Source: Alphaproteobacteria bacterium (GTDB lineage: Bacteria; Pseudomonadota; Alphaproteobacteria; UBA6615). From it: DNA of 64,000 nt. Under the pieces are notes generated by a model. It saw only the letters and a list, made by a program, of their open reading frames with translations. It searched no databases and was not told the origin of the DNA. The stretch is from contig JANQOE010000128.1 of assembly GCA_028279245.1 (NCBI GenBank), positions 45,573 to 109,572 on the forward strand, given 5' to 3'. Position numbers and translations under genes: made by a program. Position 1 is the stretch's first letter; every line of letters starts with the position of its first letter. This document shows positions 28,148 through 37,349 of the stretch, piece after piece.

Positions 28148-30142
28148 ATGCTGGCATCCGAGCCGACCACCGTTGCTGTGCCGCAGCCCAACACTGGGCG
28201 GCCGGTCGGTCTCCGGTTGCCCCGATGGTGCGGAGCCGTGATGCACTGGCCACGTAGACGCCAACGCGAGGCCGAACTCCTCGAGGGGGTCCTCGAGAGC
28301 ATGGAAGACGGCATCAGCATCATGGACACGAACTACAATATCAGTGCGTTCAACCGCCGGTTTCTCGAGGTATACGGCATCCCGGAAGGCGATCTGCGGC
28401 CGGGCACCAGCTTTCGCGACTTCTTTCGTTACCGCGCCCGCCGCGGCGATTACGGTCCCGGCGATGTGGAAGCATGGGTCGATCAGCGGACGGAAGCCTT
28501 CCTCTCGAATATCAGCCTGAATACGGTCGAACGTTTCCTTAGCAACGGCCGCATTCTATCAATCACCCGGCGGCGGCTAGGGGACGGTTGCTATGTGTCC
28601 TTCTATCGAGACATCACCGAACACCGCCAGACGGAAAGCGACTATCGAACAATCTTCGAGCTGGCGCCGGAAGGCATGTTCCGCAGCACCCTTGAAGGCC
28701 GTTTCCTACGGGTGAACCCCGCCGCCGCCCGGATCCTCGGCTACGACAGCCCCGAGGATATGATCTCCTCAGTGAAAAGCATCGCCGCGCAGGTCCACGC
28801 AACAACGGAACAGCGTGAAAGCCAGATCAACGGGTTGTTGGAAGAGGGAATTCGGGAGAACCAAGAACTGCGGGCCAAGCGTAAGGACGGATCTATCATT
28901 TGGGTCACTGAGAACACCCGCGCCGTCCGCGATGCCAGCGGCAAGGTGAAGTATCTGGAAGGCTTCTTCCACGATATCACCGCCCGCAAGGTTGCCGAGC
29001 AAGCGATCCGCGACAGTGAAGAACGTTACGTCCTCGCACTCCGCGGCGCCAACGAAGGCATGTGGGACTGGAACCTTGAAACCGACACCATGCATGTGTC
29101 GGAGCGGTTCAAGGAACTGCTGAGTATCGATTTCGAAGGCAACACGATGACACCCGCCTCGAGTTGGCAGCGGCATCTGCATCCCGAGGATCGGCAGCGC
29201 TTCCGCAAGGACATGAATGCACATCTTCGCGGCGAGACAGAGTTCTACGAAACCGACGTCCGCATCCTAGTGCCCGGCGGTGACCCCATCTGGGTCCGCG
29301 CGCGCGGGATCGGTATTCGAGACGAAACCGGGCAGGTCAACCGCTTGGCCGGATCTCTGGGCGACATCACCGCGCGCAAATCAGCGGAACTGGCATTACA
29401 GCAAGCCAAGGAAGAGGCGGAGGAGGCGGCTCGCGCCAAGAGCCGGTTCCTGGCCAACATGAGCCATGAGTTACGTACGCCGCTGAACGCGATCATTGGC
29501 ATGACCGAGATGCTGCAGGAAGAGGTGCATTCGCCGAACCCCGGCGACTTCGCTGAGCCGCTGGATCGTGTGTCCCGGGCAAGCAAGCACCTGTTGGCGC
29601 TGATCGACCAGATCCTCGATCTCTCAAAGGTCGAGGCCGGTAAGGTCGAACTCGAGTACGTCCCATTCTCCCTGGCCACGATGATGAACGAGATCGAAAC
29701 GTCCATCGGGCCGATGGCCGAAAAGAACGGCAACAGCTTCCGTATCGACCGGGAAGAGCGGTTGGACATCGTCAATTCCGACCCGGTGCGCTTGCGCCAA
29801 ATCATCCTCAATCTGCTGAGTAACGCCTGCAAATTCACTGAGAATGGCGAAATCTTGTTGTGTCTGGCGATGAAGCAGATCGATCAAAAACCGCTGCTTC
29901 ACATCACCGCGCGCGATAGTGGCATCGGCATGTCGGAACAGCAGATGCAGACCATCTTCGAGGAGTTCTCCCAGGGCGACAGCTCGACGACCCGTAAGTA
30001 TGGCGGCACCGGTCTCGGCCTCGCGATCACCCAGCGCATCTGTCACATCATGGGCGGGACCATCGACGCAGAGAGCAATTTGGGCCGCGGCACCACCTTC
30101 CACGTCTGGCTCCCCATCGCCTTCGAGACAGGCCAGCCGTGA
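28148..30142 (+). CDS. Cytoplasmic triple-PAS sensor histidine kinase
   Basis: Three PAS/PAC units; FLANMSHELRTPL, NLLSNACKFT and GGTGLGL. No receiver domain. Confidence 0.9.
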   Translation: MLASEPTTVAVPQPNTGRPVGLRLPRWCGAVMHWPRRRQREAELLEGVLESMEDGISIMDTNYNISAFNRRFLEVYGIPEGDLRPGTSFRDFFRYRARRGDYGPGDVEAWVDQRTEAFLSNISLNTVERFLSNGRILSITRRRLGDGCYVSFYRDITEHRQTESDYRTIFELAPEGMFRSTLEGRFLRVNPAAARILGYDSPEDMISSVKSIAAQVHATTEQRESQINGLLEEGIRENQELRAKRKDGSIIWVTENTRAVRDASGKVKYLEGFFHDITARKVAEQAIRDSEERYVLALRGANEGMWDWNLETDTMHVSERFKELLSIDFEGNTMTPASSWQRHLHPEDRQRFRKDMNAHLRGETEFYETDVRILVPGGDPIWVRARGIGIRDETGQVNRLAGSLGDITARKSAELALQQAKEEAEEAARAKSRFLANMSHELRTPLNAIIGMTEMLQEEVHSPNPGDFAEPLDRVSRASKHLLALIDQILDLSKVEAGKVELEYVPFSLATMMNEIETSIGPMAEKNGNSFRIDREERLDIVNSDPVRLRQIILNLLSNACKFTENGEILLCLAMKQIDQKPLLHITARDSGIGMSEQQMQTIFEEFSQGDSSTTRKYGGTGLGLAITQRICHIMGGTIDAESNLGRGTTFHVWLPIAFETGQP

Positions 30143-30516
30143 CCAGCGACCGGGTCACGCTGCCGGCCGATCCGGATGTGCTGGCGCCCGACGGATCTGA
30201 AGTGCGGCTGTTGTGCCAACTGTCTGGCGGCAGCATGGCCCACTTCACCCTGCAGCCGGGTCAAGTCGCGAAAGCAGTCCGGCATCGCACAGTCGACGAG
30301 CTGTGGTTCTTTGTCAGCGGCCTGGGGCGCATGTGGCGTGGCGGTGAAACCGTCGACGTTGGGCCGGGTGTATCGGTATCGATCACCGTCGGCACGCCGT
30401 TCCAGTTTCGCGCCGACGGTGATGAGCCATTAACGGCGGTCGCCGTGACCATGCCGCCATGGCCTGGCGAGGACGAGGCCGAGTTCGTTGAGGGACCCTG
30501 GCTGGCGACCGTGTAG
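30139..30516 (+). CDS. Cupin domain protein
   Basis: APDGSEVR, H..V.E.W and TMPPWPG. Confidence 0.85.
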   Translation: MTSDRVTLPADPDVLAPDGSEVRLLCQLSGGSMAHFTLQPGQVAKAVRHRTVDELWFFVSGLGRMWRGGETVDVGPGVSVSITVGTPFQFRADGDEPLTAVAVTMPPWPGEDEAEFVEGPWLATV

Positions 30517-30518
30517 CG

Positions 30519-31829
30519 TCAAATGAAGGCGTAAGGCTCCGGCCTCACGCCGTTGCGAAAGCGCGATAGGTGGAACGGCGTTATATCGACCCGCGCGTCG
30601 CCCCGCTGCACCAGTTCCGACATCAGCAGTCCGGCACCGGGCCCCATGCCGAACCCGTGGCCGGAGAACCCGGTTGCCACGAACAGACCGCGCGGTTCGT
30701 CGGCCTCGCACATCACCGGGACCGCGTCCGGCGTCGCCTCGATGAAACCGCCCCACATCTCCGCAATGCCGACATCCTGCATCGCCGGATAGAGCGTGCG
30801 GAAGCGCGCCATTGTCCGCTCAAGAACAGCCGTGTCTGGTTTTGGGTCGAGCGTCCGCGTCTGCTCGAACGGCGTCACCTCGTCCGCCGTCCAGCGCGAC
30901 GGCGTCTTGATCGCTCGCAAGAAGGTACCCGACAACCGGAGCTTCATATGCTTCCGAGCCATCAGGTAGCCGGGCATAAAGGCCCGGAGCTGACGCAGGG
31001 CATCCGGCACCAGGTCGAACCGAATGGCGCCACGGCCAGCGACCGTGTACCCACCATCCTCCCGCCGCCGAAACGTTACGCCGCCGCAGCTCACGGCAGA
31101 CTCCGTGATCAACGGCGCCGCGGTCGTCCGCAACACGGACGCGGTCACACCGAGCTGCGGCACGTCGATACCCAGATTACGGCAGAACATGCGCGTCCAG
31201 GCGCCGCCCGCGCAGATCACTGTCTGGCACTTCACCGAGCCCCGCTCGGTCACAACACCGGACACCCGCCCCGCCGCCGTCTCCACTGTCCGCACCGCGC
31301 AGTTGGTGAAGACCCGGACGCCGCGCTTCACCGCGGCGCGTGCCATCGCCGGCACCACCTTCTTTGGCTCGGCCCGTCCGTCGCTCGGCGTGTACATCGA
31401 GCCTTTCCAGCGTCGTCCCGACTGCTTCAGATGCGTATCGGTTTCGGCCGATGACAGCAGCCGTGTATCGAGCTGGTAGTCCCGGGCCTTGTCGACCCAG
31501 CTTTCGAACCGGGCCATCTCCGCATCGGTGTGCGCCACATAGGTGACACCGGCCTGCCGCCACCCGAGATCGGCCTCCAGCTCCTTTTCCAGCGTCTGCC
31601 ACAACCGCAGGCTTTCGATGATCGCTGGGATCTCGCGGGCATCGCGACCCTGTTTGCGGACCCAGCCCCAATTCCGCGACGACTGCTCCCCGGCGATGCG
31701 GCCCTTCTCAAACAGCATCACCGGCACCCCGGCCTTGGCCAAGAAGTAGGCCGTGGCAGTACCGGCAATCCCGCCGCCGATGACCACGACCTCGGTTCTC
31801 AGCCCCTGTACCGGGGCAGTGTCGTTCAC
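30519..31829 (-). CDS. FAD-dependent D-amino-acid/opine oxidase family oxidoreductase
   Basis: IGGGIAG, GEQSSRNWGW and GFSGHGFG. GTG start overlaps the upstream TGA (GTGA). Confidence 0.9.
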   Translation of the reverse strand: MNDTAPVQGLRTEVVVIGGGIAGTATAYFLAKAGVPVMLFEKGRIAGEQSSRNWGWVRKQGRDAREIPAIIESLRLWQTLEKELEADLGWRQAGVTYVAHTDAEMARFESWVDKARDYQLDTRLLSSAETDTHLKQSGRRWKGSMYTPSDGRAEPKKVVPAMARAAVKRGVRVFTNCAVRTVETAAGRVSGVVTERGSVKCQTVICAGGAWTRMFCRNLGIDVPQLGVTASVLRTTAAPLITESAVSCGGVTFRRREDGGYTVAGRGAIRFDLVPDALRQLRAFMPGYLMARKHMKLRLSGTFLRAIKTPSRWTADEVTPFEQTRTLDPKPDTAVLERTMARFRTLYPAMQDVGIAEMWGGFIEATPDAVPVMCEADEPRGLFVATGFSGHGFGMGPGAGLLMSELVQRGDARVDITPFHLSRFRNGVRPEPYAFI

Positions 31830-32368
31830 GTCTGCTTCATCAGGTGCAGCAACGGCAGGTAGCCACGTTTCGACAGCCGGTCGGAGGAGGGTCCGACATA
31901 GTCGGGATCGAGTTCGATCCCCAGCCCCTCGACCAGCCGATTCATATAGTTGAAGCAAGCCGTCGTCGCGACGAGGTAGTACAGCGCCTCCTCTTCCCAG
32001 CCGGCGGCGAATACCGCATCCACGTCGGCCTGGGTCATGCTCGACGGGTCGTCAGTCAGCTTGGCGGCATAGCGCAGCACCGGCTGCATCTTGGCATCGG
32101 CGGTCTCGACGCCATCCATCAGTTGGTCGACCAGCCCCTCGGGCACACCCATCTTCTCGGCTGTCAGAGTGTGAACGCCGGAGCAGTAGCCGCAGCCATT
32201 CTTCCGCGAGACGTAGGCGGCGATCAGTTCCCGCTCGGCCTCGGTGAAAGGGGAGGGGGCCCGCAGCAGCGCTTCGTGAAGTTCGATCAGTGGCCGGTTA
32301 GTCTCCGGGTACTTCTTGAAGACATCGAGCAGCGAAGCCTTCTCAGGTAGGGATGGTAGGAACGGCAC
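31826..32368 (-). CDS. AhpD/carboxymuconolactone decarboxylase-like peroxidase-related enzyme
   Basis: ERELIAAYVS..NGCGYC..H and FNYMNR; GGGAGG RBS. Confidence 0.85.
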   Translation of the reverse strand: MPFLPSLPEKASLLDVFKKYPETNRPLIELHEALLRAPSPFTEAERELIAAYVSRKNGCGYCSGVHTLTAEKMGVPEGLVDQLMDGVETADAKMQPVLRYAAKLTDDPSSMTQADVDAVFAAGWEEEALYYLVATTACFNYMNRLVEGLGIELDPDYVGPSSDRLSKRGYLPLLHLMKQT

Positions 32369-32479
32369 GCGGTTGATCCTCCCTTATCGTTGTGGCCCGG
32401 GCGAGCCGTAGGTTTCGCTTGCGGGCGCCGGTCAATTGCCGGAGAAAGGCGGGGTCGCTGTGGGATCGATGAGGATACT

Positions 32480-33106
32480 ATGAACAGCACCGCCGTCCAG
32501 ACACATACCCTTGCCGATCTGCTTTGGCCGGCCGCGCCCAGCCACGCGTCGGCGCGCACCCTTCGTGTGGTTCTCCTGGCCGTCGGTGGAAGCCTCGCGC
32601 TCTGGGCCTCGGCCAAGATCAACATCCCATTCTTCCCGGTGCCGCAGACGCTGCAGACAATGGTAGTGCTGACCATCGGCATGGCCTACGGCTGGCGCCT
32701 CGGCGGCGCCACGGTCGTGCTGTACCTGGCGGAGGGCGCCGCGGGCCTGCCGGTCTTCGCCAACACCCCGGAACGCGGTATCGGCATCACCTATATGCTG
32801 GGCGGCACCGGCGGCTACCTCATCGGCTTCGTGCTGGCCGCCATGTTGACTGGCTGGCTGGCGGAGCGCGGCTGGGATCGCGGCGTGCGTACGACCGCCG
32901 CGGCAATGCTGTTGGGCAACGTCGTCATCTATGTGCCGGGCTTGCTCTGGCTCGGTGCGATCTTCGGCTGGGACAAGCCGATCCTCGCCTGGGGCCTGAC
33001 GCCGTTCATCTGGGGCGACCTGGCGAAACTCGTGATCGCCGCCGGCTTGCTCCCCACACTTTGGCTTTGGCTCGGCCAGCGCTCGGCCGGCAAGATAGGG
33101 AACTGA
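32480..33106 (+). CDS. bioY: Biotin transporter BioY
   Basis: PVPQTLQ, YLAEGAAGLPVFA, TGGYLIGF and PFI.GD..K. Confidence 0.92.
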   Translation: MNSTAVQTHTLADLLWPAAPSHASARTLRVVLLAVGGSLALWASAKINIPFFPVPQTLQTMVVLTIGMAYGWRLGGATVVLYLAEGAAGLPVFANTPERGIGITYMLGGTGGYLIGFVLAAMLTGWLAERGWDRGVRTTAAAMLLGNVVIYVPGLLWLGAIFGWDKPILAWGLTPFIWGDLAKLVIAAGLLPTLWLWLGQRSAGKIGN

Positions 33107-33109
33107 CCC

Positions 33110-33808
33110 ATGCCCCATCCCGCATCACTCCTCGCCGACCTCCGCCGCTACGACACCCCGACCATCTGCAACGCGCTCGAGGTCGTACAGGGCAAGCGCG
33201 GTAGCTCCGGCTTCACCACGGAGCCCTTCTTCTGCCTCGACCCGTCGCTGCCGCCGATGGTCGGCTATGCCCGCACCGCGACCATCCGGGCAAGGCAACC
33301 TTCGGCCGCCGCGCCCGCAGAGATGAAGCAACGCAGGCTGGCCTACTATGAGTACGTCGCCGGGGATCCGTCGCCATCCGTCGTCGTTATTCAGGACCTC
33401 GACAAGCAACCCGGCTTCGGCGCGTTCTGGGGTGAGGTCAACTCAACGGTCCACGCCGGCCTCGGCGCGTTGGGCGTCATCACCAACGGGTCCGTCCGTG
33501 ACCTCGACGCCATTGCCCCCGGCTTTCAGTTTCTGGCCGGCAAGGTCGGACCGAGCCACGCCCATGTCCATCCCGTGGAGTTCGGCGGCCCTGTTGACAT
33601 CTTCGGCATGGAGGTGCGGGACGGCGACCTCATTCATGCCGACCGTCACGGCGCGGTGGTGATTCCCGAAGCCGACGCGGCGCAACTCCCGCGCGGCATC
33701 GACATCATGATCAAGCGTGAGAAGTTCATGCTGGACGCTGCCAAGCAGCCCGGCTTCTCGGTGGCGGATATCAAGAGAGCGCTGGATGCCGCAGAGGACA
33801 TCCACTGA
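33110..33808 (+). CDS. RraA family protein (second, divergent)
   Basis: DTPTICNALE, A.WGEV, TNGSVRD and GDLIHADRHG. Confidence 0.88.
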   Translation: MPHPASLLADLRRYDTPTICNALEVVQGKRGSSGFTTEPFFCLDPSLPPMVGYARTATIRARQPSAAAPAEMKQRRLAYYEYVAGDPSPSVVVIQDLDKQPGFGAFWGEVNSTVHAGLGALGVITNGSVRDLDAIAPGFQFLAGKVGPSHAHVHPVEFGGPVDIFGMEVRDGDLIHADRHGAVVIPEADAAQLPRGIDIMIKREKFMLDAAKQPGFSVADIKRALDAAEDIH

Positions 33809-33809
33809 G

Positions 33810-34013
33810 CTAGACGCGGCTGGGCGTACCCACGCTACGGAACAGCCAACGCGGCCGCACCACCGAACCGATCCGCAGCGCCGACACAACGGTCGCGCAA
33901 ACGATCCAGACACCGGCCCGCACGGCAGCCATCACGACGGCCGCCGACAGCAAGTTGGCAAAAGCCGCAATCCACAGCAGCACTAGCTTCATATCCCAAT
34001 TATGGTGTCGCAT
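33810..34013 (-). CDS. Small hydrophobic protein (67 aa)
   Basis: AAGGAG RBS 5 nt before the ATG; hydrophobic core; CtrA box upstream. Confidence 0.5.
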   Translation of the reverse strand: MRHHNWDMKLVLLWIAAFANLLSAAVVMAAVRAGVWIVCATVVSALRIGSVVRPRWLFRSVGTPSRV

Positions 34014-34096
34014 CGGTGCTCCTTCGAAGTGCGCTTATAGGCCGATTCTATAGGGAGTCGGCTAAGAAAAGTTTGCGATTGGAATGAACGTCTTTG

Positions 34097-34112
34097 GTTA
34101 ATGAAATATTAA
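34097..34112 (-). promoter_or_regulatory. CtrA binding site (perfect)
   Basis: Minus strand reads TTAA-TATTTCA-TTAAC. Confidence 0.7.
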
Positions 34113-34120
34113 AAGCAGAG

Positions 34121-34651
34121 ATGGAACGCTGGCGCCGCATGCAGCGTAACAGGCCGAATCCCGCGGAAATCATCAAACCGGGCCCTGGTCAGGAGTCGGT
34201 CTGGGATTACCCTCGGCCACCCCGCTTGGAACCGGTCACCAAACCGATCCGCGTGGTCTTCGCCGGGACGGAGATCGCCGCCGCCCCGGCCTCGTTCCGT
34301 GTGGTCGAGACCGCCGGCGCCCCGGTCTACTACCTCCCGCCCACGACCGTGCGCACCGGCCTGCTGCGCCGGTCCGACCAGACCAGCCTCTGCGAATGGA
34401 AAGGCCAGGCCTGCTATTGGTCCATCCAAGTCGGCGACCGGCAGGCCCGCAACGCCGCCTGGTCCTACCCCGAGCCGGTGCCCGACTTTGGCGCTATCCG
34501 CGACCACTTCGCCTTCTTCGCCGGCCGGGTCGACGCCTGCTATCTGGGTGACGAGCGTGTCGAACCCCAACCCGGCGGCTTCTACGGCGGCTGGGTCACC
34601 GCCAACATCGTCGGCCCCATCAAGGGCGAGCCCGGTACCGAAAGTTGGTAA
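34121..34651 (+). CDS. DUF427 family protein
   Basis: QESVWDYPRPP, CEWKG.A.YW, AAWSYP and FYGGW.T. Start uncertain. Confidence 0.88.
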   Translation: MERWRRMQRNRPNPAEIIKPGPGQESVWDYPRPPRLEPVTKPIRVVFAGTEIAAAPASFRVVETAGAPVYYLPPTTVRTGLLRRSDQTSLCEWKGQACYWSIQVGDRQARNAAWSYPEPVPDFGAIRDHFAFFAGRVDACYLGDERVEPQPGGFYGGWVTANIVGPIKGEPGTESW

Positions 34652-34655
34652 CCGT

Positions 34656-34871
34656 CTAGTAGCTCGACATCCCGTCCGAATCCGACTCTCGTACGTCCGG
34701 TTCCGGACTGCCGATTGTCATGTTACACGCCGCCAAACCAAGCAGCAGCCCAACAGCGGCCGCCGCTAGTAGTCCGACTCGTTGGTATCCGGCGGAACCG
34801 GGCTGCCGGCCGTCAAATTGCAGCCGGCCAGCAGCAACGCCGCTGCCATCGCCATCCAGCGCCATCGCCAT
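34656..34871 (-). CDS. Small putative membrane/lipoprotein
   Basis: Hydrophobic stretch ending LAAC; follows the upstream small ORF by 7 nt. Confidence 0.35.
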   Translation of the reverse strand: MAMALDGDGSGVAAGRLQFDGRQPGSAGYQRVGLLAAAAVGLLLGLAACNMTIGSPEPDVRESDSDGMSSY

Positions 34872-34878
34872 CCCCCCA

Positions 34879-35079
34879 TCAGGGCACCGAGGCGAGGTTG
34901 ATCGGCGGCGTCGCCAAACGCCCGGCAATGGCCAGTTCGGCGCTGTTCTCGGCGTTCACTTCCACCGGCGGCCGGGTGAGAATGGACAACGCCGTCAGCA
35001 GAATAAGCGTCGCCGCCACGGACAGTGTCATCCGGGCCGCCGCCGCAATTGGCGTCGGTTCAACTGTCAAATTATCCAT
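34879..35079 (-). CDS. Small single-TM protein (66 aa)
   Basis: GGAGGG RBS; one TM segment. Confidence 0.5.
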   Translation of the reverse strand: MDNLTVEPTPIAAAARMTLSVAATLILLTALSILTRPPVEVNAENSAELAIAGRLATPPINLASVP

Positions 35080-35221
35080 CGATTCCCTCCGTCGTTACCG
35101 CCCGCGAATCCGTCCTGCGAGTCATGTATCGCAATAGGACCAGCCGTGGGTGTGACGACGGACAGGCAATCCTGTGGTGTTAATAAGGCGCCTTCAACAG
35201 GGCCATGTGGAAACCCGGGGA

Positions 35222-35803
35222 TTAACGGGATTGGCAGCCGAGCGCCGTGTGCAGCTGCTTGGCGCCGATCCGGCAGCCCTGCAGGTTGGCCCGCCACAGC
35301 TCGACCCCTTCCAGGTCGGTGCCGATCAGGTTGGCGCCCCGCAGGTCCGCATCGCTGAGGTCGGCGTTGCGCAATGCGGCACCCCGCAGGTCGGCATCGC
35401 GCAGGCAGGCATTGCGCAGGTTGGCGTTGGTCAGGTTGGCCTCGCGCAGGTCCGCCGTGCTGAGGTCGGCTTCGTTGAGTTCGGCGAAGCTGAGGTTGCG
35501 GCCGTGCAGACTGGTGCCGGAGAGGTCGAGCCCGCTGAGATTGGCCCGGTCGCCGACGCCTTCTTCGACCCACTGGTGATGGGCGGTGAGGGTGCGCAGC
35601 AGGTGGCGGTGTTGCACCGCCCGCATTTCGCTTTTGTTGTACAGGCGCAGGCCGTTGGGCAGTTGCGGGCTCCGCAGCATGACGCGCAGTTGCCGTTGGG
35701 CATCGGCCTCGCTGACGGCCATCAGCTCCCCGGTCTGCGGTCCCATGACGGGGCTGGTGTATTCGTAAAGGTAGGCCTCCGCCTGATGCGCCGGCTGCGC
35801 CAT
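35222..35803 (-). CDS. Pentapeptide-repeat protein
   Basis: About 15 A(D/N)Lxx repeats; GGAGGG RBS. Confidence 0.9.
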   Translation of the reverse strand: MAQPAHQAEAYLYEYTSPVMGPQTGELMAVSEADAQRQLRVMLRSPQLPNGLRLYNKSEMRAVQHRHLLRTLTAHHQWVEEGVGDRANLSGLDLSGTSLHGRNLSFAELNEADLSTADLREANLTNANLRNACLRDADLRGAALRNADLSDADLRGANLIGTDLEGVELWRANLQGCRIGAKQLHTALGCQSR

Positions 35804-35864
35804 CGTTCACCCTCCATCCAAGATGGTTTGTAGCTACGTGCAATGCGTTAGGTTTCCGTAAACC

Positions 35865-37349
35865 ATGCCGGAGACCCGGTGGCAGAAGGGGGATTTCGCG
35901 GTGGCAAAACTGGGACTTTCCGACGATCTCGACCGAGACAGGCTCTTGCGCGTCAGCGATCTAGATCTTGTCTTCATCAGCTTCGATGAGCCGCAGGCTG
36001 AAATGCACTGGTCCGACATGAAGCAGAAGTGCCGCCGCGCGAAGCGGGTTCATGGAATCCAGGGTTTGGACAGCGCTCACAAGGCGGCAGCCAGCCGTGC
36101 TGAGACGGAATACTTCCTGACCGTCGATGGCGATACCCTTGTATCCGCTGAATTCTTTAATCTCGTCCTGGACCCGACCAAGCTCAGCGGTCGAAGCCTT
36201 GTAACCTGGCCATCACGCAACGCCGTCAATGGACTGGTCTATGGCAATGGCAGCATCAAACTGTGGCCCCGCAGCGCCGTGTTGTCGATGCTGAGCCATG
36301 AGATGGCAGGTCAGGGCGCCCCAGGGACGGTCGATTTCGGTGGCTTGTTCGACCGGATCATATCGCCCGACTGTTATAGTGAATCCTGGACGAACGGCTC
36401 ACCCGAACAGGCCTTCCGAACCGGATTCCGTGAGGGCGTGAAACTCTCTCTGGTGGATGGCCAGCCTGCCGGCCTGGGGTTGGCCAATTGTCTATCACCT
36501 AAGCCAAGAATGCGGCTGCAGATCTGGTGCAGCGTGGGGGCAGATGCCGACCACGGGCTCTGGAGTATCTTCGGGGCAAGACTCGGCTGCGTCCTAGCCT
36601 CGCTAGATGACCTGGATCCCGCCACGATCAACGACTATGAGGCCCTAGGCCGCATTTGGGCGAAGGAGGAACCACGGTCGCACTGGCAACTGCTCCAGGC
36701 AATACGCGCCCTCGGCGACAAGATCCGCCATCGCCTGGGTTTGGCAGTCACCGAGTTGACGCCGGACCAGAGCAGGTTCTTCAAGGAAACGACGGAGGTC
36801 CCGGAAGACGACCCAGACCGGGCCATCACGATCCCCCAAGCAGCCAAATGCGGATCGGCGCTTGACCGGCTCGGAACTCTCTACCGGCGGGGGCAGGGCG
36901 TACCGAATGACGACAAGGAAGCCGCCCGTCTCTATCGACTCTCTCACTCTCTTGGTTGCCGGAACGGCACCAAAAACCTTGCACTTATGTACCGCGATGC
37001 CCGAGGTCTCGGACAGAACCGTGCGCGTGCCATATCGTTGCTTCGGGAAGCATCCAAAGCCGGCAGTGCTGACGCTCCGTATCACCTGGCACAGATGCTC
37101 CAGGAAGACGGTGGGCCCGCAGCAACGACGCGAACGTGGTTGGAGTTATCCGCCGCGCGGAACTGCCAGCCCGCGCTGACGTGGCTGGCCAGAGTAGTGG
37201 AAGAAGAGGGGGACTTCGCGAGGGCCGAAGAACTCTACGTGCGCGCCGCGGAACTCGGCGACGAGGAGGCCGAGCGGCTAGTCCACCGCATAAGGCTACG
37301 CCCAGACGTCCGGGGCGGTAAAAACCCGAGCTTCTCCGCGAGCGGATAA
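35865..37349 (+). CDS. GT-A-like (DGD) domain fused to Sel1-like repeats
   Basis: VFISFDEP, HKAAA and TVDGD; C-terminal LG.LY..G.GVP.D..EA..Y repeats. Confidence 0.7.
   Translation: MPETRWQKGDFAVAKLGLSDDLDRDRLLRVSDLDLVFISFDEPQAEMHWSDMKQKCRRAKRVHGIQGLDSAHKAAASRAETEYFLTVDGDTLVSAEFFNLVLDPTKLSGRSLVTWPSRNAVNGLVYGNGSIKLWPRSAVLSMLSHEMAGQGAPGTVDFGGLFDRIISPDCYSESWTNGSPEQAFRTGFREGVKLSLVDGQPAGLGLANCLSPKPRMRLQIWCSVGADADHGLWSIFGARLGCVLASLDDLDPATINDYEALGRIWAKEEPRSHWQLLQAIRALGDKIRHRLGLAVTELTPDQSRFFKETTEVPEDDPDRAITIPQAAKCGSALDRLGTLYRRGQGVPNDDKEAARLYRLSHSLGCRNGTKNLALMYRDARGLGQNRARAISLLREASKAGSADAPYHLAQMLQEDGGPAATTRTWLELSAARNCQPALTWLARVVEEEGDFARAEELYVRAAELGDEEAERLVHRIRLRPDVRGGKNPSFSASG

Noticed and set aside
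32369-32479. BioR/BirA operator before bioY
   Set aside because: No TTATMKATAA or BirA-type palindrome was found.
35174-35843. Long overlapping ORFs and DNA repeats around the pentapeptide gene
   Set aside because: They are shadows of the 15-nt coding periodicity of A(D/N)Lxx repeats.
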